A stretch of 64,000 bases of DNA, from assembly GCA_963837955.1 (NCBI GenBank), contig CAWIPH010000002.1, forward strand, positions 288,001 through 352,000, read 5' to 3'. Below are positions 39,220-48,571 of this stretch, piece by piece (within the stretch, counting starts at the first letter, position 1; each line of letters begins with the position of its first letter). This DNA is from an uncultured Verrucomicrobiae bacterium. GTDB taxonomy: Bacteria > Verrucomicrobiota > Verrucomicrobiia > Chthoniobacterales > JAFAMB01. The notes beneath the pieces were generated by a model. It ran no database searches and had not been told where the DNA came from. It worked only from the letters and a program-made list of their open reading frames with translations. The position numbers and the translations under genes were made by a program.

Positions 39220-39636
39220 CTACGCCCGCATTAAACGATGCACGATATCCTGCAAAGTAATCTTGCGTAACTCCTGGGTGTAAGAACGGGTCGCTCGTCG
39301 GTGAATATACCCCATCACGTCCTCGATCCGGCGACCGACCGGGCAGTGACGGGATGGTTGATTAGGGTGCATCCCAAAGAGTTCCTGCGGATCGACGGCA
39401 GCTTGTATCTGGAGGAGCGTAATTCGTTCCGGGCTCCGAGAGAGCACCGCACCGCCTTGGGGACCCCGTCGAGTCTTGACCAAGCCGGCGTTATGTAACT
39501 CCAGCAGCAAACGGCGAATGACTACCGGATTGGTGTTCACTGTCTCCGCCAGACGAGAGGAGGGACAGCATCCCTCGTGTTCAATGGCTAGAACCGCCAT
39601 AACATGGACCGCAAACGAAAACCGGCAACTTTTCAT
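39220..39636 (-). CDS. Rrf2-family transcriptional regulator (YwnA/SifR-like)
   Basis: RFSFAVH, SSRLAETVNTNPVVIRR, GPQGG, HPNQPSRHCPVG. Confidence 0.9.
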   Translation of the reverse strand: MKSCRFSFAVHVMAVLAIEHEGCCPSSRLAETVNTNPVVIRRLLLELHNAGLVKTRRGPQGGAVLSRSPERITLLQIQAAVDPQELFGMHPNQPSRHCPVGRRIEDVMGYIHRRATRSYTQELRKITLQDIVHRLMRA

Positions 39637-39646
39637 GAATGCTAAA

Positions 39647-39665
39647 TGTAACTTAACAAATTACG
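39647..39665. promoter_or_regulatory. Putative Rrf2 autoregulatory operator
   Basis: TGTAAC-N7-ATTACG, 10 nt upstream of the rrf2 ATG. Confidence 0.5.
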
Positions 39666-39737
39666 TTCAAGAAGCCAGCGAGAATACAGCCCGAGTTCCC
39701 TACAGCCAGCACCACTACGAATTTCGAAATCCCGTCT

Positions 39738-41168
39738 TCAATCCCCTCGCGGAGCTTCCTTATCGGGTCGTTTGCGAGGTACGTGATGCGACGGGCTCTT
39801 TAAGGGAGAAGGGGAGCTTGACGCCGACGCGGTCGGACTCGGCGAAGGACTGGGCGTTTCGGAAGAAGAAGGAGAAGGAGAAGGCGACGGCGGGCTGAGG
39901 CTGGGCGACGAAGAGGGGGAAGGAGTCGGTGTCGCGAACATGTCTGGCCACTGCCAAAGTTCTCCCGAGTAACCGCCAATCTCGTTTAGGAGTTCTGCGC
40001 AACGGTCATGCATTTTGGTAAGATCAGGAGGCCCTGGTTGGCTCTCAGCAGTTCCCGGAAACACGAGGTATGTAATGTTGAGATCGCTGAAGGGCCGGTT
40101 GTACGCATTCGCCTTGGGATCGATCTGGCTGGCCAAGCGTAGAGACGCTTCCCCTACCTTATAAGAAGGCCCGGCATCTCCGACGATCGCCGGATACAGT
40201 TTCCCACCATGGATGACGACGGCGTAGTCACCGAACTTCGGTAAGAACCGATGGTTCGCTTGGCGCAACATAAACCCAGGCAATACGACGAACGGGTCCG
40301 CCTTCGAAATAAGGAAACTGTATTTCTTGAGATCGGAAATCTCCCGATTGAGTTCGTCAATCTGCTCTTTGAGCACTTTCTTCCGCTCGATGGCGGTGTT
40401 TTTCTGATCAAACTCCGTTTGAGCTTGCTTCAACTTCTGCTCGCGCTCCGCCACAAATTGATTTGGCTTATCTGAGCGTTTCGGCCAGCGATAACTGGTA
40501 TAAGGTTGAAAGTTGGCCGATGAGCCATCGACGTCTGCCGAGCGATCCGCGTCCGAGCCGTCGGCGTTTACATCCATGTCGCTTTGGATGAGCAACGCTT
40601 TCCGCGATGTCTTCGGATCGGTCAGTTCCAGGATTGTGTTACAATCATAGAAATTGTGCCGCGAAAGCAATTGATCAAGGCGGCTCAATGTTCGGTTCAG
40701 AGAGTCCACCTTCAGCTGATACAAAGCATAGTAGAAATCGGAAACTTTGCTTTCCGCTAACAAAGAGATTAGTCCGGGCAACAGCGCGGGAAGTTGGCCG
40801 TCCGGTTGAGCCAGCTGATCGATCGTTTGAGCAGCCTGGGGCACGCGGACTCGTACATCGAGATCAAGGACATAGGATTCCGGCGCTTTCCGTTCGACCC
40901 AAGCTGGCGCTCCGGAATCCGTATCGACTTTGGAATGGATTTCTATTCCGTTGAACAGCTTCGAGACCTCCTTATGAGAGTACGGAACGTAAGTCTCTGG
41001 CAATGGCGTTGGGGTAGGCGTCGGCGTTGGCGGAGGGGTGGGAGAGGGCGAGGGGGTGGGAGTCTCCGGGTTGACGTTAGAAAAACGGGGACCTGGACAT
41101 CCCACGAAAAAAAGGGCTGCCAAAGAAAGAACGAGTCTGATCTGAGTGCGCGGCCGGCTGGGTCGCAT
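39738..41168 (-). CDS. Putative lipoprotein with a GH75 (chitosanase-like) domain and Pro/Ser/Thr linkers
   Basis: FVGC lipobox; MDVNADG, PFVVLP, GDYAVV, AIVGDAGP..KVGEAS. Confidence 0.78.
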   Translation of the reverse strand: MRPSRPRTQIRLVLSLAALFFVGCPGPRFSNVNPETPTPSPSPTPPPTPTPTPTPLPETYVPYSHKEVSKLFNGIEIHSKVDTDSGAPAWVERKAPESYVLDLDVRVRVPQAAQTIDQLAQPDGQLPALLPGLISLLAESKVSDFYYALYQLKVDSLNRTLSRLDQLLSRHNFYDCNTILELTDPKTSRKALLIQSDMDVNADGSDADRSADVDGSSANFQPYTSYRWPKRSDKPNQFVAEREQKLKQAQTEFDQKNTAIERKKVLKEQIDELNREISDLKKYSFLISKADPFVVLPGFMLRQANHRFLPKFGDYAVVIHGGKLYPAIVGDAGPSYKVGEASLRLASQIDPKANAYNRPFSDLNITYLVFPGTAESQPGPPDLTKMHDRCAELLNEIGGYSGELWQWPDMFATPTPSPSSSPSLSPPSPSPSPSSSETPSPSPSPTASASSSPSPLKSPSHHVPRKRPDKEAPRGD

Positions 41169-41178
41169 GGGCCATCAA

Positions 41179-41484
41179 TTACCTGAACCAATGCACCGCG
41201 GTCAAAACTAGACAGATCACGCTGAGCAAAATCATTGGAATTGCCGGCATTGCTTTGCGTTTGCGAAGGTAGGACGGTCCGAAGTAGGCGAGTAGAAGCA
41301 GAGAGACGATCAAGGCCAACCAATGCGCAGCGCTACTTGGTCCAATCAATCCCGCGAGAATCAATAACCCGCCCGAAATGCCTCCGGCGACGATCGAGGC
41401 GATGCTTTTGGAGCGGGCATACCCGAGCGCTCCCCCTACGATCGAGACGATGCCAAAGAAAATGTAATAGTATTGAGTTAGCAT
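41179..41484 (-). CDS. TMEM14-family small membrane protein
   Basis: GGALGYARSKSIASIVAGGISG...KRKAMPA. Confidence 0.85.
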   Translation of the reverse strand: MLTQYYYIFFGIVSIVGGALGYARSKSIASIVAGGISGGLLILAGLIGPSSAAHWLALIVSLLLLAYFGPSYLRKRKAMPAIPMILLSVICLVLTAVHWFR

Positions 41485-41485
41485 C

Positions 41486-42346
41486 CTAGCCTCTGGTTGA
41501 TGACGTTTCCAGATCAAGAGCAGTAGGAGGTGCGATCTCGCTTTCGCGCAAACTCTGTAAATCAAAAAACAGGCGTTTGATGAACATCGGTATGAATAGA
41601 ATCGCCGTAGCTGCGAATTGGACCGTGATTCCAGGAACAACTCGAGCCCGGTGTCGTGATACTCCGTTCAGCGCTTCCCGGACCACTTCCTGCACCGGCA
41701 CAGTGAGAAGATTGACGGAGATTGTTTCCTGATCAGATGTGCGAGCAGCTACTTCCTGGAACTCGGTCGGAACTGGCCCCGGACACAATGCGGTAACTGA
41801 TATATTCAGGGGACGCAATTCCGCTCGAAGCGCTTCACTAAAGCTCGTTACGTAGGCTTTCGTGGCCGCGTACACTGCGCAATTAGGTACCGGGAGGAGG
41901 CTAGCGATTGAGCTAACATTGAGGATGGCACCCCCGCCTGCCTTTCGCATGGCGGGCAAAATACGATAGGTCAAATAGGTTAGTGCACCGATGTTCACTT
42001 GCAGCATCGCCCGGATTCGCTGCCAATCAGCATCACTAAATTTCCCATAGTCGCCCAGCCCAGCATTGTTGATCAGCACATCGGTCGTTAATCCGCTCTC
42101 TTCCAGCCAATCGCAGAAACGTCCAACTTCCTCTTCGTTTTGGAGGTCAACTTGCTGAATGAAAATCTCGAGTTGCGGGTTGATTACTTTCAGTTCGAGC
42201 TCAAGCGTTTTCAGCCGATCTATGCGCCGGGCGACGAGTATCAGTGAGCCAGCCACTTGCGCGAGCTGCCGGGCAAACTCGCGTCCGATGCCAGCCGATG
42301 CACCAGTAATCAAGACTGTGCATTCCGCGAAATAGCTGATTTTCAT
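41486..42346 (-). CDS. Short-chain dehydrogenase/reductase
   Basis: TGASAGIG, NNAG, YAATK, LCPG. Confidence 0.93.
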   Translation of the reverse strand: MKISYFAECTVLITGASAGIGREFARQLAQVAGSLILVARRIDRLKTLELELKVINPQLEIFIQQVDLQNEEEVGRFCDWLEESGLTTDVLINNAGLGDYGKFSDADWQRIRAMLQVNIGALTYLTYRILPAMRKAGGGAILNVSSIASLLPVPNCAVYAATKAYVTSFSEALRAELRPLNISVTALCPGPVPTEFQEVAARTSDQETISVNLLTVPVQEVVREALNGVSRHRARVVPGITVQFAATAILFIPMFIKRLFFDLQSLRESEIAPPTALDLETSSTRG

Positions 42347-42451
42347 CGGCTTCCACCTAAGCTCGAACTCCCTGGCAGTCAATAACCTACCATCTTTCCA
42401 GCGCTGTTGTCTCGAGCTTGGATTCCACCGGTAGCCGGCCTATCTTCCTTG

Positions 42452-42781
42452 ATGCGTTTGGCGGTCGAGAATTTGGCAATCGTCGGACCGGAGATGGCGA
42501 TCCGATGGAATGATGGGCGAGAATCATATATCGGACTCGAACTGCTCCGCCGGCGTTGTCCTTGTGCGCATTGCGCGGGAGAGAAAGGGCTACTGGGTGA
42601 GGTTTACCGCTCGGAGATGCCGCTTTCTGCAGCCAGCTTTAGGCTCGTAAGGTGCGGAGTAGTGGGTGGGTACGCCATCCAGCCTGAGTGGGCGGATCGG
42701 CATAGTTCCGGAATCTATTCTTTTGACTACCTCCGCTCGATTGATCTATCGCCAAATTCCGACGTTTCCCCTCCACGATAG
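42452..42781 (+). CDS. DUF971 / GBBH-like N-terminal domain protein
   Basis: LRRRCPCAHC...VGGYAI...WADRHSSGIYSFDYL. Confidence 0.88.
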   Translation: MRLAVENLAIVGPEMAIRWNDGRESYIGLELLRRRCPCAHCAGEKGLLGEVYRSEMPLSAASFRLVRCGVVGGYAIQPEWADRHSSGIYSFDYLRSIDLSPNSDVSPPR

Positions 42782-42833
42782 CGGCGACATAACGCCATAG
42801 CAGAACTTGCCCGCGGACGGACGCCACCCTGTG

Positions 42834-43736
42834 CTAGCCGCGGTCCGTTCCGTAATAGTTCAGGTGACAACTCGTTCGAAACCCAATTGGGGTCTTGCCG
42901 GTGAGCCGACGGAAAAATCGAATGAAATAGGAGGGGTCTGCGAAATTGAGGTTGTACGCAATTTCCGAAACCGTCAGTGAGGTATGGAGCAGCAGACGCT
43001 GAGCTTCCAATAGGATTCGTTGCCTGATAAGCGTTCCAACGGTTTTGCCGGTCTGCGCTTTGACAGCTTCACTTAGGGCTTCCGTGGAGACTCGAAGAAG
43101 ATTTGCATAGTCCGTAACCGACGTGACGGCTCTAAAGCTCTGTTCTAGCCGGAACAAAAAATCTCTAAGCAATCGGGCCTGCGGTAGAAGTGAAGTTTCG
43201 GTAGATTGAGACGGATAAAAGCGACTGATACGGTACAACAGCGCCTGTAACAGGAGGCGTAAGATCTGATCTGAACCCTCCTCTCGCGCGCTGAATTCTC
43301 GCTGCATCTCGTCGATTAACGATCGAGTTTCCCGTGCTTGGACGCCTGAGAGCTTCATAATTGGCGCGGTCCCGACGGGAAACCAATACGAATGCTGCAG
43401 AAGCGAGTATCCAGGCGATGCGTCTTTCTCCGCGAAATCTTGAGTAAAACAAATCATTGGTCCTCGCAGAGAGCCTTCATCCTTCCAAAAATGCACCTGC
43501 CCTGGACTAACACAGACCACAGTTGTTGTAGTGATCGGATAGGTTGCGAAGTCGTTGAAGTGCTCACCGTTGCCTTCTAGCAAGAAGAGCTCGAAATAAT
43601 CGTGACGATGGATGGAAAGGCGATTTGGACGCTGCCGAACTGAGTCCTGATAGGAGCCGACAAAAACACTCGAGTTGCGGGTCATGCCGTCGGAATAGTC
43701 GGTGAGAGGATAGACAGGAATTTTTCGTGGCCGCAT
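42834..43736 (-). CDS. AraC-family transcriptional regulator (cupin plus double HTH)
   Basis: HRHDYFE, PGQVH, SEIAYNLNFADPSYFIRFFRR..G.TP. Confidence 0.93.
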   Translation of the reverse strand: MRPRKIPVYPLTDYSDGMTRNSSVFVGSYQDSVRQRPNRLSIHRHDYFELFLLEGNGEHFNDFATYPITTTTVVCVSPGQVHFWKDEGSLRGPMICFTQDFAEKDASPGYSLLQHSYWFPVGTAPIMKLSGVQARETRSLIDEMQREFSAREEGSDQILRLLLQALLYRISRFYPSQSTETSLLPQARLLRDFLFRLEQSFRAVTSVTDYANLLRVSTEALSEAVKAQTGKTVGTLIRQRILLEAQRLLLHTSLTVSEIAYNLNFADPSYFIRFFRRLTGKTPIGFRTSCHLNYYGTDRG

Positions 43737-43793
43737 CACGGATATCGTAATGGACCCGCAGAAACCCGCCAAGAGACTGTTCCAGTTACGGAC

Positions 43794-44849
43794 TCAGGGA
43801 ATGACTCTGCGCCGGCGGAAACCCTCGAAAATGTTCAGGAACATCGCTTCGGTGTCGATGTACTCGTGGAAGCCGAACCGGCGCGCTTTCGAGCCGTCGG
43901 CAAACATGTCGTAGTCCCAGGAGAACACGAAATCGCCGAAGCGCCAGGACGACACGTCCCGATAGGGATACTCAAGTTGGTGCTTCTGGGTCATGGCAGC
44001 CCAGAGCGGCTCCTTGTCAGCCATGACGACATCGAGCGACATCGGCAGCGGAGGCGCGACCTCAAGATCAAAGAAGCGGGCGATCTTCGGCCACATCTCG
44101 CTCCAGCGGAAGAGGTCGCCATTATTGACATTGAACGCCTGGTTAGCGCGTCGCTTATCGGTCGCCGCCCAGACGGTCGCCCGCGCCAAAAGCCCCGCGT
44201 CAGTCATTTCCAGCAGCTTATCGTACGCACCGGGTTTCCCAGGGAAGCGCAAGGGTAGTCCGAGCTCCTTTGAAATCGCGGCGTAGACTGCGATCACCAT
44301 CGCCAAATTCATCGGGTTGCCGAGCGCGAAGCCGCACACCACCGAGGGACGTATGGCCGACCAGGTCCAAGCTTTGCCCTTCTGTCGATCCTCGAGAAAC
44401 GCCTGCTGGTCGACGTTGAACTCGGGCGGCATGTGGTAGGCATCGGTCTCGCGGGCCGGAGTCTTGAACGGACCTAAATGTGCGCCGTAGACCTTATAGC
44501 CCTGCATCAAGCTAACGTGCTGCAAGCCCACCGCCACCGGCTCGACTGCTTCGACGAGGTTGACGAGCATCGCAAGGTTGGGTGGTACGAGCTCGGCCCA
44601 GGTCGGCCGGTCCTGGAACGCGGTATAGAAGATGTGCGTCACCTGGGTCAGGCTGCCGAGCTTCTCGCGGTAGTCGTCCGGATCGAGCAGATCGACCGCG
44701 ACGTACCGCACTCGGCCTCCTGATTTTCCGCCGCGTCGCGACAGGCCGATGACCTCCCAGTCCTCGAGCGTCACAAGATGATCGATGAGGTTGCGGCCGA
44801 TGACCCCTTGAGCTCCAACAACGAGGGCAGTCTTGTTCTGTGTGCTTAT
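43794..44849 (-). CDS. PRISE-family SDR (progesterone 5-beta-reductase/iridoid synthase-like); apparent AUA start
   Basis: GAQGVIG, GLSRR, LMQGYKVYG, WSAIRP, FPG, AFNVNNGD; AGGAG-N6-ATA at 44860-44847. Confidence 0.82.
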   Translation of the reverse strand: MSTQNKTALVVGAQGVIGRNLIDHLVTLEDWEVIGLSRRGGKSGGRVRYVAVDLLDPDDYREKLGSLTQVTHIFYTAFQDRPTWAELVPPNLAMLVNLVEAVEPVAVGLQHVSLMQGYKVYGAHLGPFKTPARETDAYHMPPEFNVDQQAFLEDRQKGKAWTWSAIRPSVVCGFALGNPMNLAMVIAVYAAISKELGLPLRFPGKPGAYDKLLEMTDAGLLARATVWAATDKRRANQAFNVNNGDLFRWSEMWPKIARFFDLEVAPPLPMSLDVVMADKEPLWAAMTQKHQLEYPYRDVSSWRFGDFVFSWDYDMFADGSKARRFGFHEYIDTEAMFLNIFEGFRRRRVIP

Positions 44850-44960
44850 GGTTTTCTCCTGTTCAGGGGATTCCCTTGGTGCCCCCAACCAGCGCTATTC
44901 TTTGGCCGATTGGCATGACCAACCTCTTCGCGCACGCGCCGGCTGACAATTTCACTCTCG

Positions 44961-44990
44961 GGTACTTTTCCTTGAATGGATGGTACTTTT
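44961..44990 (-). promoter_or_regulatory. Putative AraC-type binding site (direct repeat, 21-bp period)
   Basis: AAAAGTACC-N12-AAAAGTACC on the minus strand upstream of the PRISE gene. Confidence 0.6.
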
Positions 44991-45081
44991 GTGCCGCAGC
45001 GCCTGAGCGATAATCTGAACCCACGCGGCTGTTCCTGGCCGGCCCTGGTTTTGGCTGATTGAAGGCGTCAACAACCCGCGA

Positions 45082-45654
45082 TCAAAGCCGAGTCGCGATG
45101 AGCTCCCTAAGCTTAAGCATTCCGCGCCGGATCCGAGCTTTCACGGTTCCGAGAGGTTGACTCAGTTCTTCGGCGATTTCGTTCTGGGTCAACCCGGAGA
45201 AAAAGGCGAGTTCGATAGCCTGACGCTGTTCCTTCGAAAGCTGTAACACGGCGGATCGAACGATCCTGCTTGTCTCCAAAGCGTCCACTTCGTCAACGGA
45301 ATCGCGAGAGGTCGATGGAGAACTCGTCTCCTTTTCCACCTGATCTTGAAGACGGAACCGCCGCTGAGAGGATCGGAGACGGTCGATGGCCTTGTTTCGC
45401 GTGAGTGTCATCGCCCAGGTTAACGGCTTGCCTCGCGAAGGGCTATAGAGCTTAGCTTTATCCCAGATCTGAACAAAGACATCCTGTAAAACATCCTCTG
45501 CCTCTCTCTGATCGTTCAGAATTTGCAGGGCTGCGCAAAAGAGAACACCAGAAAAGCGGTCGTAGAGATCCTCAAAGCTTTCAGGGTCACCTGCTCCAAC
45601 TTGTCGAAGCAATTCGATCTCGAGTCCCTGATCTATGTGACCATCATTAGCCAT
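45082..45654 (-). CDS. ECF RNA polymerase sigma factor (SigK-like)
   Basis: AEDVLQDVFVQIW, RNKAIDRLR, LAFFSGLTQNEIA..L..PLGTVKARIRRG. Confidence 0.92.
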   Translation of the reverse strand: MANDGHIDQGLEIELLRQVGAGDPESFEDLYDRFSGVLFCAALQILNDQREAEDVLQDVFVQIWDKAKLYSPSRGKPLTWAMTLTRNKAIDRLRSSQRRFRLQDQVEKETSSPSTSRDSVDEVDALETSRIVRSAVLQLSKEQRQAIELAFFSGLTQNEIAEELSQPLGTVKARIRRGMLKLRELIATRL

Positions 45655-45734
45655 CCTGCTGCCACCTTCCTTGCCACTCCTTTTGAAAACGGTAGACAGA
45701 TGCCAACAAAAGGCAAGTATAGCTGAAATGCTGG

Positions 45735-47027
45735 TCAAGAAGCTGCAGCCTCTGGCACTCTGGAGAGAGCAGCGGCCATGACTTCTAAGGTCCGATCAAT
45801 GTCGGCTTCAGTGTGAGCCAGGCAGAGGAAGCCGGCTTCAAACTGAGAAGGTGCAAAGTAGATGCCCCGATCGAGACAGAATTGGAAGAACGATCCGAAC
45901 TCAGTCAGGTCCGATTTTTGAGCATCAGCAAGATTCTGGACTGGTCCATTGCGAAAATAGAGGCAGAACAACGAACCGATTCGATGGAAGACCAAGTTAC
46001 GGTCCGTTTCCTGAAGGATCTTGTGTACCCCCTGTTCGAAGTAAGCGCCGAGTTGCTCCAATCGGCGATAACCATCGACTTTTTCAAGCTGCCTCAATTG
46101 GGCAAGTCCGGCAGCCAACGCGAGTGGATTTCCAGACAGAGTTCCGGCTTGATAGACAGGGCCGTCCGGTGACAATTGATCCATAATATCGGCGCGTCCC
46201 CCGAATGCGCCGACTGGCAGGCCGCCTCCGATTACTTTTCCCATGGCAGTCAGGTCAGGTCGAACACCACACAGCTCCTGATACCCGCCGCGAGCGAGCC
46301 GGAACCCAGTCATCACTTCATCAAAGATCAAGAGCGCACCAGATTGGGAGCAATGATCACGTAGCAGCTCCAAAAACCCTGGTTTTGGTAGATACAGACC
46401 GGCGTTTGCCGGCACTGGCTCCAGAATGACAGCGGCAATTTGGTCACCGAACTTGCTGAAACAGGTTCGAACTTCGTCAGGCTCATTGAAAGAAAGGGTC
46501 AAAGTCAGTGCTGCGATCTCCTCCGGCACCCCGGCACTGTCCGGATATCCGTGGGTGAGCGCCCCGCTTCCGGCTTTCACGAGCAACGAATCTACATGCC
46601 CGTGATAACAGCCGGCGAATTTGACGATCAACTTGCGACCGGTAAACCCGCGAGCGAGTCGGACACACGACATCGTTGCCTCCGTCCCGCTGTTGACCAT
46701 ACGAACTTTTTCAACGGATGGCACCCAATGGCAGATCAGTTCTGCGATTTCCACCTCGGCCGGGTTTGGAATCCCGAAGCTGAGACCTTGCGTGGCGGCG
46801 GTTTGCACGGCTCGGACCACGCTCTCCGGAGCGTGACCCAGGATCGCTGGCCCCCAAGTCCCGACGTAGTCGATATATTCGTTCCCTTCGACGTCCCAGA
46901 TCCGCGATCCCTGTGCTCTAGTGACAAAGAACGGTTCGCCGCCGACGTTACGAAAAGCACGCACCGGGGAATTGACTCCACCTGGGATGTATCGTTTGGC
47001 CTGAGCAAATAATGAAGCGTTCGTCAT
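45735..47027 (-). CDS. hemL: Glutamate-1-semialdehyde 2,1-aminomutase
   Basis: PGGVNSPVRAF, NSGTEA, YHGH, FDEVMTGFR, GKVIGGGLP, PSQFEAGF. Confidence 0.97.
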   Translation of the reverse strand: MTNASLFAQAKRYIPGGVNSPVRAFRNVGGEPFFVTRAQGSRIWDVEGNEYIDYVGTWGPAILGHAPESVVRAVQTAATQGLSFGIPNPAEVEIAELICHWVPSVEKVRMVNSGTEATMSCVRLARGFTGRKLIVKFAGCYHGHVDSLLVKAGSGALTHGYPDSAGVPEEIAALTLTLSFNEPDEVRTCFSKFGDQIAAVILEPVPANAGLYLPKPGFLELLRDHCSQSGALLIFDEVMTGFRLARGGYQELCGVRPDLTAMGKVIGGGLPVGAFGGRADIMDQLSPDGPVYQAGTLSGNPLALAAGLAQLRQLEKVDGYRRLEQLGAYFEQGVHKILQETDRNLVFHRIGSLFCLYFRNGPVQNLADAQKSDLTEFGSFFQFCLDRGIYFAPSQFEAGFLCLAHTEADIDRTLEVMAAALSRVPEAAAS

Positions 47028-47120
47028 TGCTGAAAACCTAGGCGAGATTTTGGTTGCGTCAGATCTTTTCGTTTGGGGCCTTGGGTTCAAACCCCTAGCA
47101 AGTAGGCCGGGTCGATCGGC

Positions 47121-47738
47121 TCAAGCTAGCAACCCCCGCTTCTCAATGAACTCGACAATTTCAGGAACTCCACTTCTCGTCTTCAAGTTGCAGAGAACAA
47201 ATGGGCGTTCGCCCCGCATCTTCTGCGCGTCAGCGGCCATCACTTCAAGAGAAGCGCCAACATACGGAGCCAGGTCGGTCTTGTTGATGACTAGAAGGTC
47301 GGATCGAGTGATCCCCGGTCCTCCTTTTCGCGGGATTTTCTCGCCGCCGGCGACATCGATCACATAGATCGTGAGATCGGAAAGTTCCGGACTAAAGGTC
47401 GCTGCGAGATTGTCGCCCCCTGATTCGATGAAAATGATGTCGTTATCTGGGAAACGTTTCAGCATCCGATCTATCGCTTCGAGGTTTATCGAAGCGTCCT
47501 CTCGAATGGCCGTGTGCGGGCACCCACCGGTCTCTACGCCGAGAATCCGGTCAGCCGACAGAGCTCCGGCATTTGTCAAAAGGCGTTGATCCTCCTTGGT
47601 GTAAATATCATTGGTAATGACCACGATGTCGTAACGGTCCCGCATAGCCTTGCAGAGCATTTCCACAAGCGTCGTCTTGCCGGTCCCGACCGGGCCACCG
47701 ACCCCAATCCGCAACGGAGGAAACGTCTTTGTACGCAT
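47121..47738 (-). CDS. ureG: Urease accessory GTPase UreG
   Basis: [31 protein letters not shown]. Confidence 0.97.
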   Translation of the reverse strand: MRTKTFPPLRIGVGGPVGTGKTTLVEMLCKAMRDRYDIVVITNDIYTKEDQRLLTNAGALSADRILGVETGGCPHTAIREDASINLEAIDRMLKRFPDNDIIFIESGGDNLAATFSPELSDLTIYVIDVAGGEKIPRKGGPGITRSDLLVINKTDLAPYVGASLEVMAADAQKMRGERPFVLCNLKTRSGVPEIVEFIEKRGLLA

Positions 47739-47743
47739 AGAAT

Positions 47744-48436
47744 CTACGAACGAAACACGCGGAAAGCTTGGGTCTCGTGCCGGCTTGATAGAATGGCGAG
47801 CATCGGAGCGAAGGCGACAATATCGTCTATGGCGACGCAAATCGTTTTTTTCACCACGTTAGAAATTTCTGGCCGAATTTGCTGAAGCAGGCGTTGGCCG
47901 CTCTCTTGTCCCAGGGGAACGATTTTTAACGCAGCGCCTACCTGATTTTCGGTCCAGTTAAAACAGAAAGCGGTGACCGCGGCTCTAAGAGACAAGTTGT
48001 TGGCAACCGCGGCAAAAGCGAACGCGGTGGGAAACGCGATAGAAGGCAGGCTGGCCAATTTTTGCCGGCTTTTTTCAACTGCCCATTTCAAAGAGAGTGC
48101 GATACGAGTAAGCGACCAGCCCATCTGTTCGGTTTCCTGACGTAATTCGGTCGTTTCACGGCTAGCCAAAAACCAGGCATTGAGTCGTTGCATCTCAGCG
48201 AAATTTGATCCCGTCCAAAAGCGGTGCTGCCAGGCGACTACCGCTCCTTCTCCCGGGCCAATTAACTCGCGTAAGCCGTGGAGAATCCATTCGCCAGCTT
48301 CCATTTCGCTGCGTACGATTTTTGCCTCGATCGCTGCTTCTAATCCCTGGGAGTAGCTGTAAGCGCCGATCGGCAAGGCAGGAGAGCTGAGATAGAGGGC
48401 ATTTGTGAGCTCTTCCAGGTCGATTCCAGTGTCCAT
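47744..48436 (-). CDS. ureF: Urease accessory protein UreF
   Basis: [16 protein letters not shown]...[11 protein letters not shown]. Confidence 0.96.
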   Translation of the reverse strand: MDTGIDLEELTNALYLSSPALPIGAYSYSQGLEAAIEAKIVRSEMEAGEWILHGLRELIGPGEGAVVAWQHRFWTGSNFAEMQRLNAWFLASRETTELRQETEQMGWSLTRIALSLKWAVEKSRQKLASLPSIAFPTAFAFAAVANNLSLRAAVTAFCFNWTENQVGAALKIVPLGQESGQRLLQQIRPEISNVVKKTICVAIDDIVAFAPMLAILSSRHETQAFRVFRS

Positions 48437-48453
48437 GACCGCTCAACTTAACT

Positions 48454-48489
48454 TCGTTCTCGTGCTCGTCTTCGTCCTCGTGTTCGAAA
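48454..48489. repeat. Hexamer tandem repeat (TCGTNN x5 plus TCGAAA)
   Basis: TCGTTC TCGTGC TCGTCT TCGTCC TCGTGT TCGAAA in the ureE-ureF spacer. Confidence 0.7.
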
Positions 48490-48571
48490 AGGAGCCGGCA
48501 AACTGAAAGATAACTACTGTAGCCATTATGCTGAACAAACTGTCGATTGTAGATCCAGGTCGATTCCTGCG

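Noticed and set aside
38602..39234. 210-aa plus-strand ORF and similar long antisense ORFs (2296-2856, 21847-22404, 46440-47012, 61451-62023)
   Set aside because: Antisense to well-supported genes, with no family motifs
39800..39935. Low-complexity GA-rich repeats (also 41005-41065 and 15310-15390)
   Set aside because: They encode Pro/Ser/Thr linkers within CDSs
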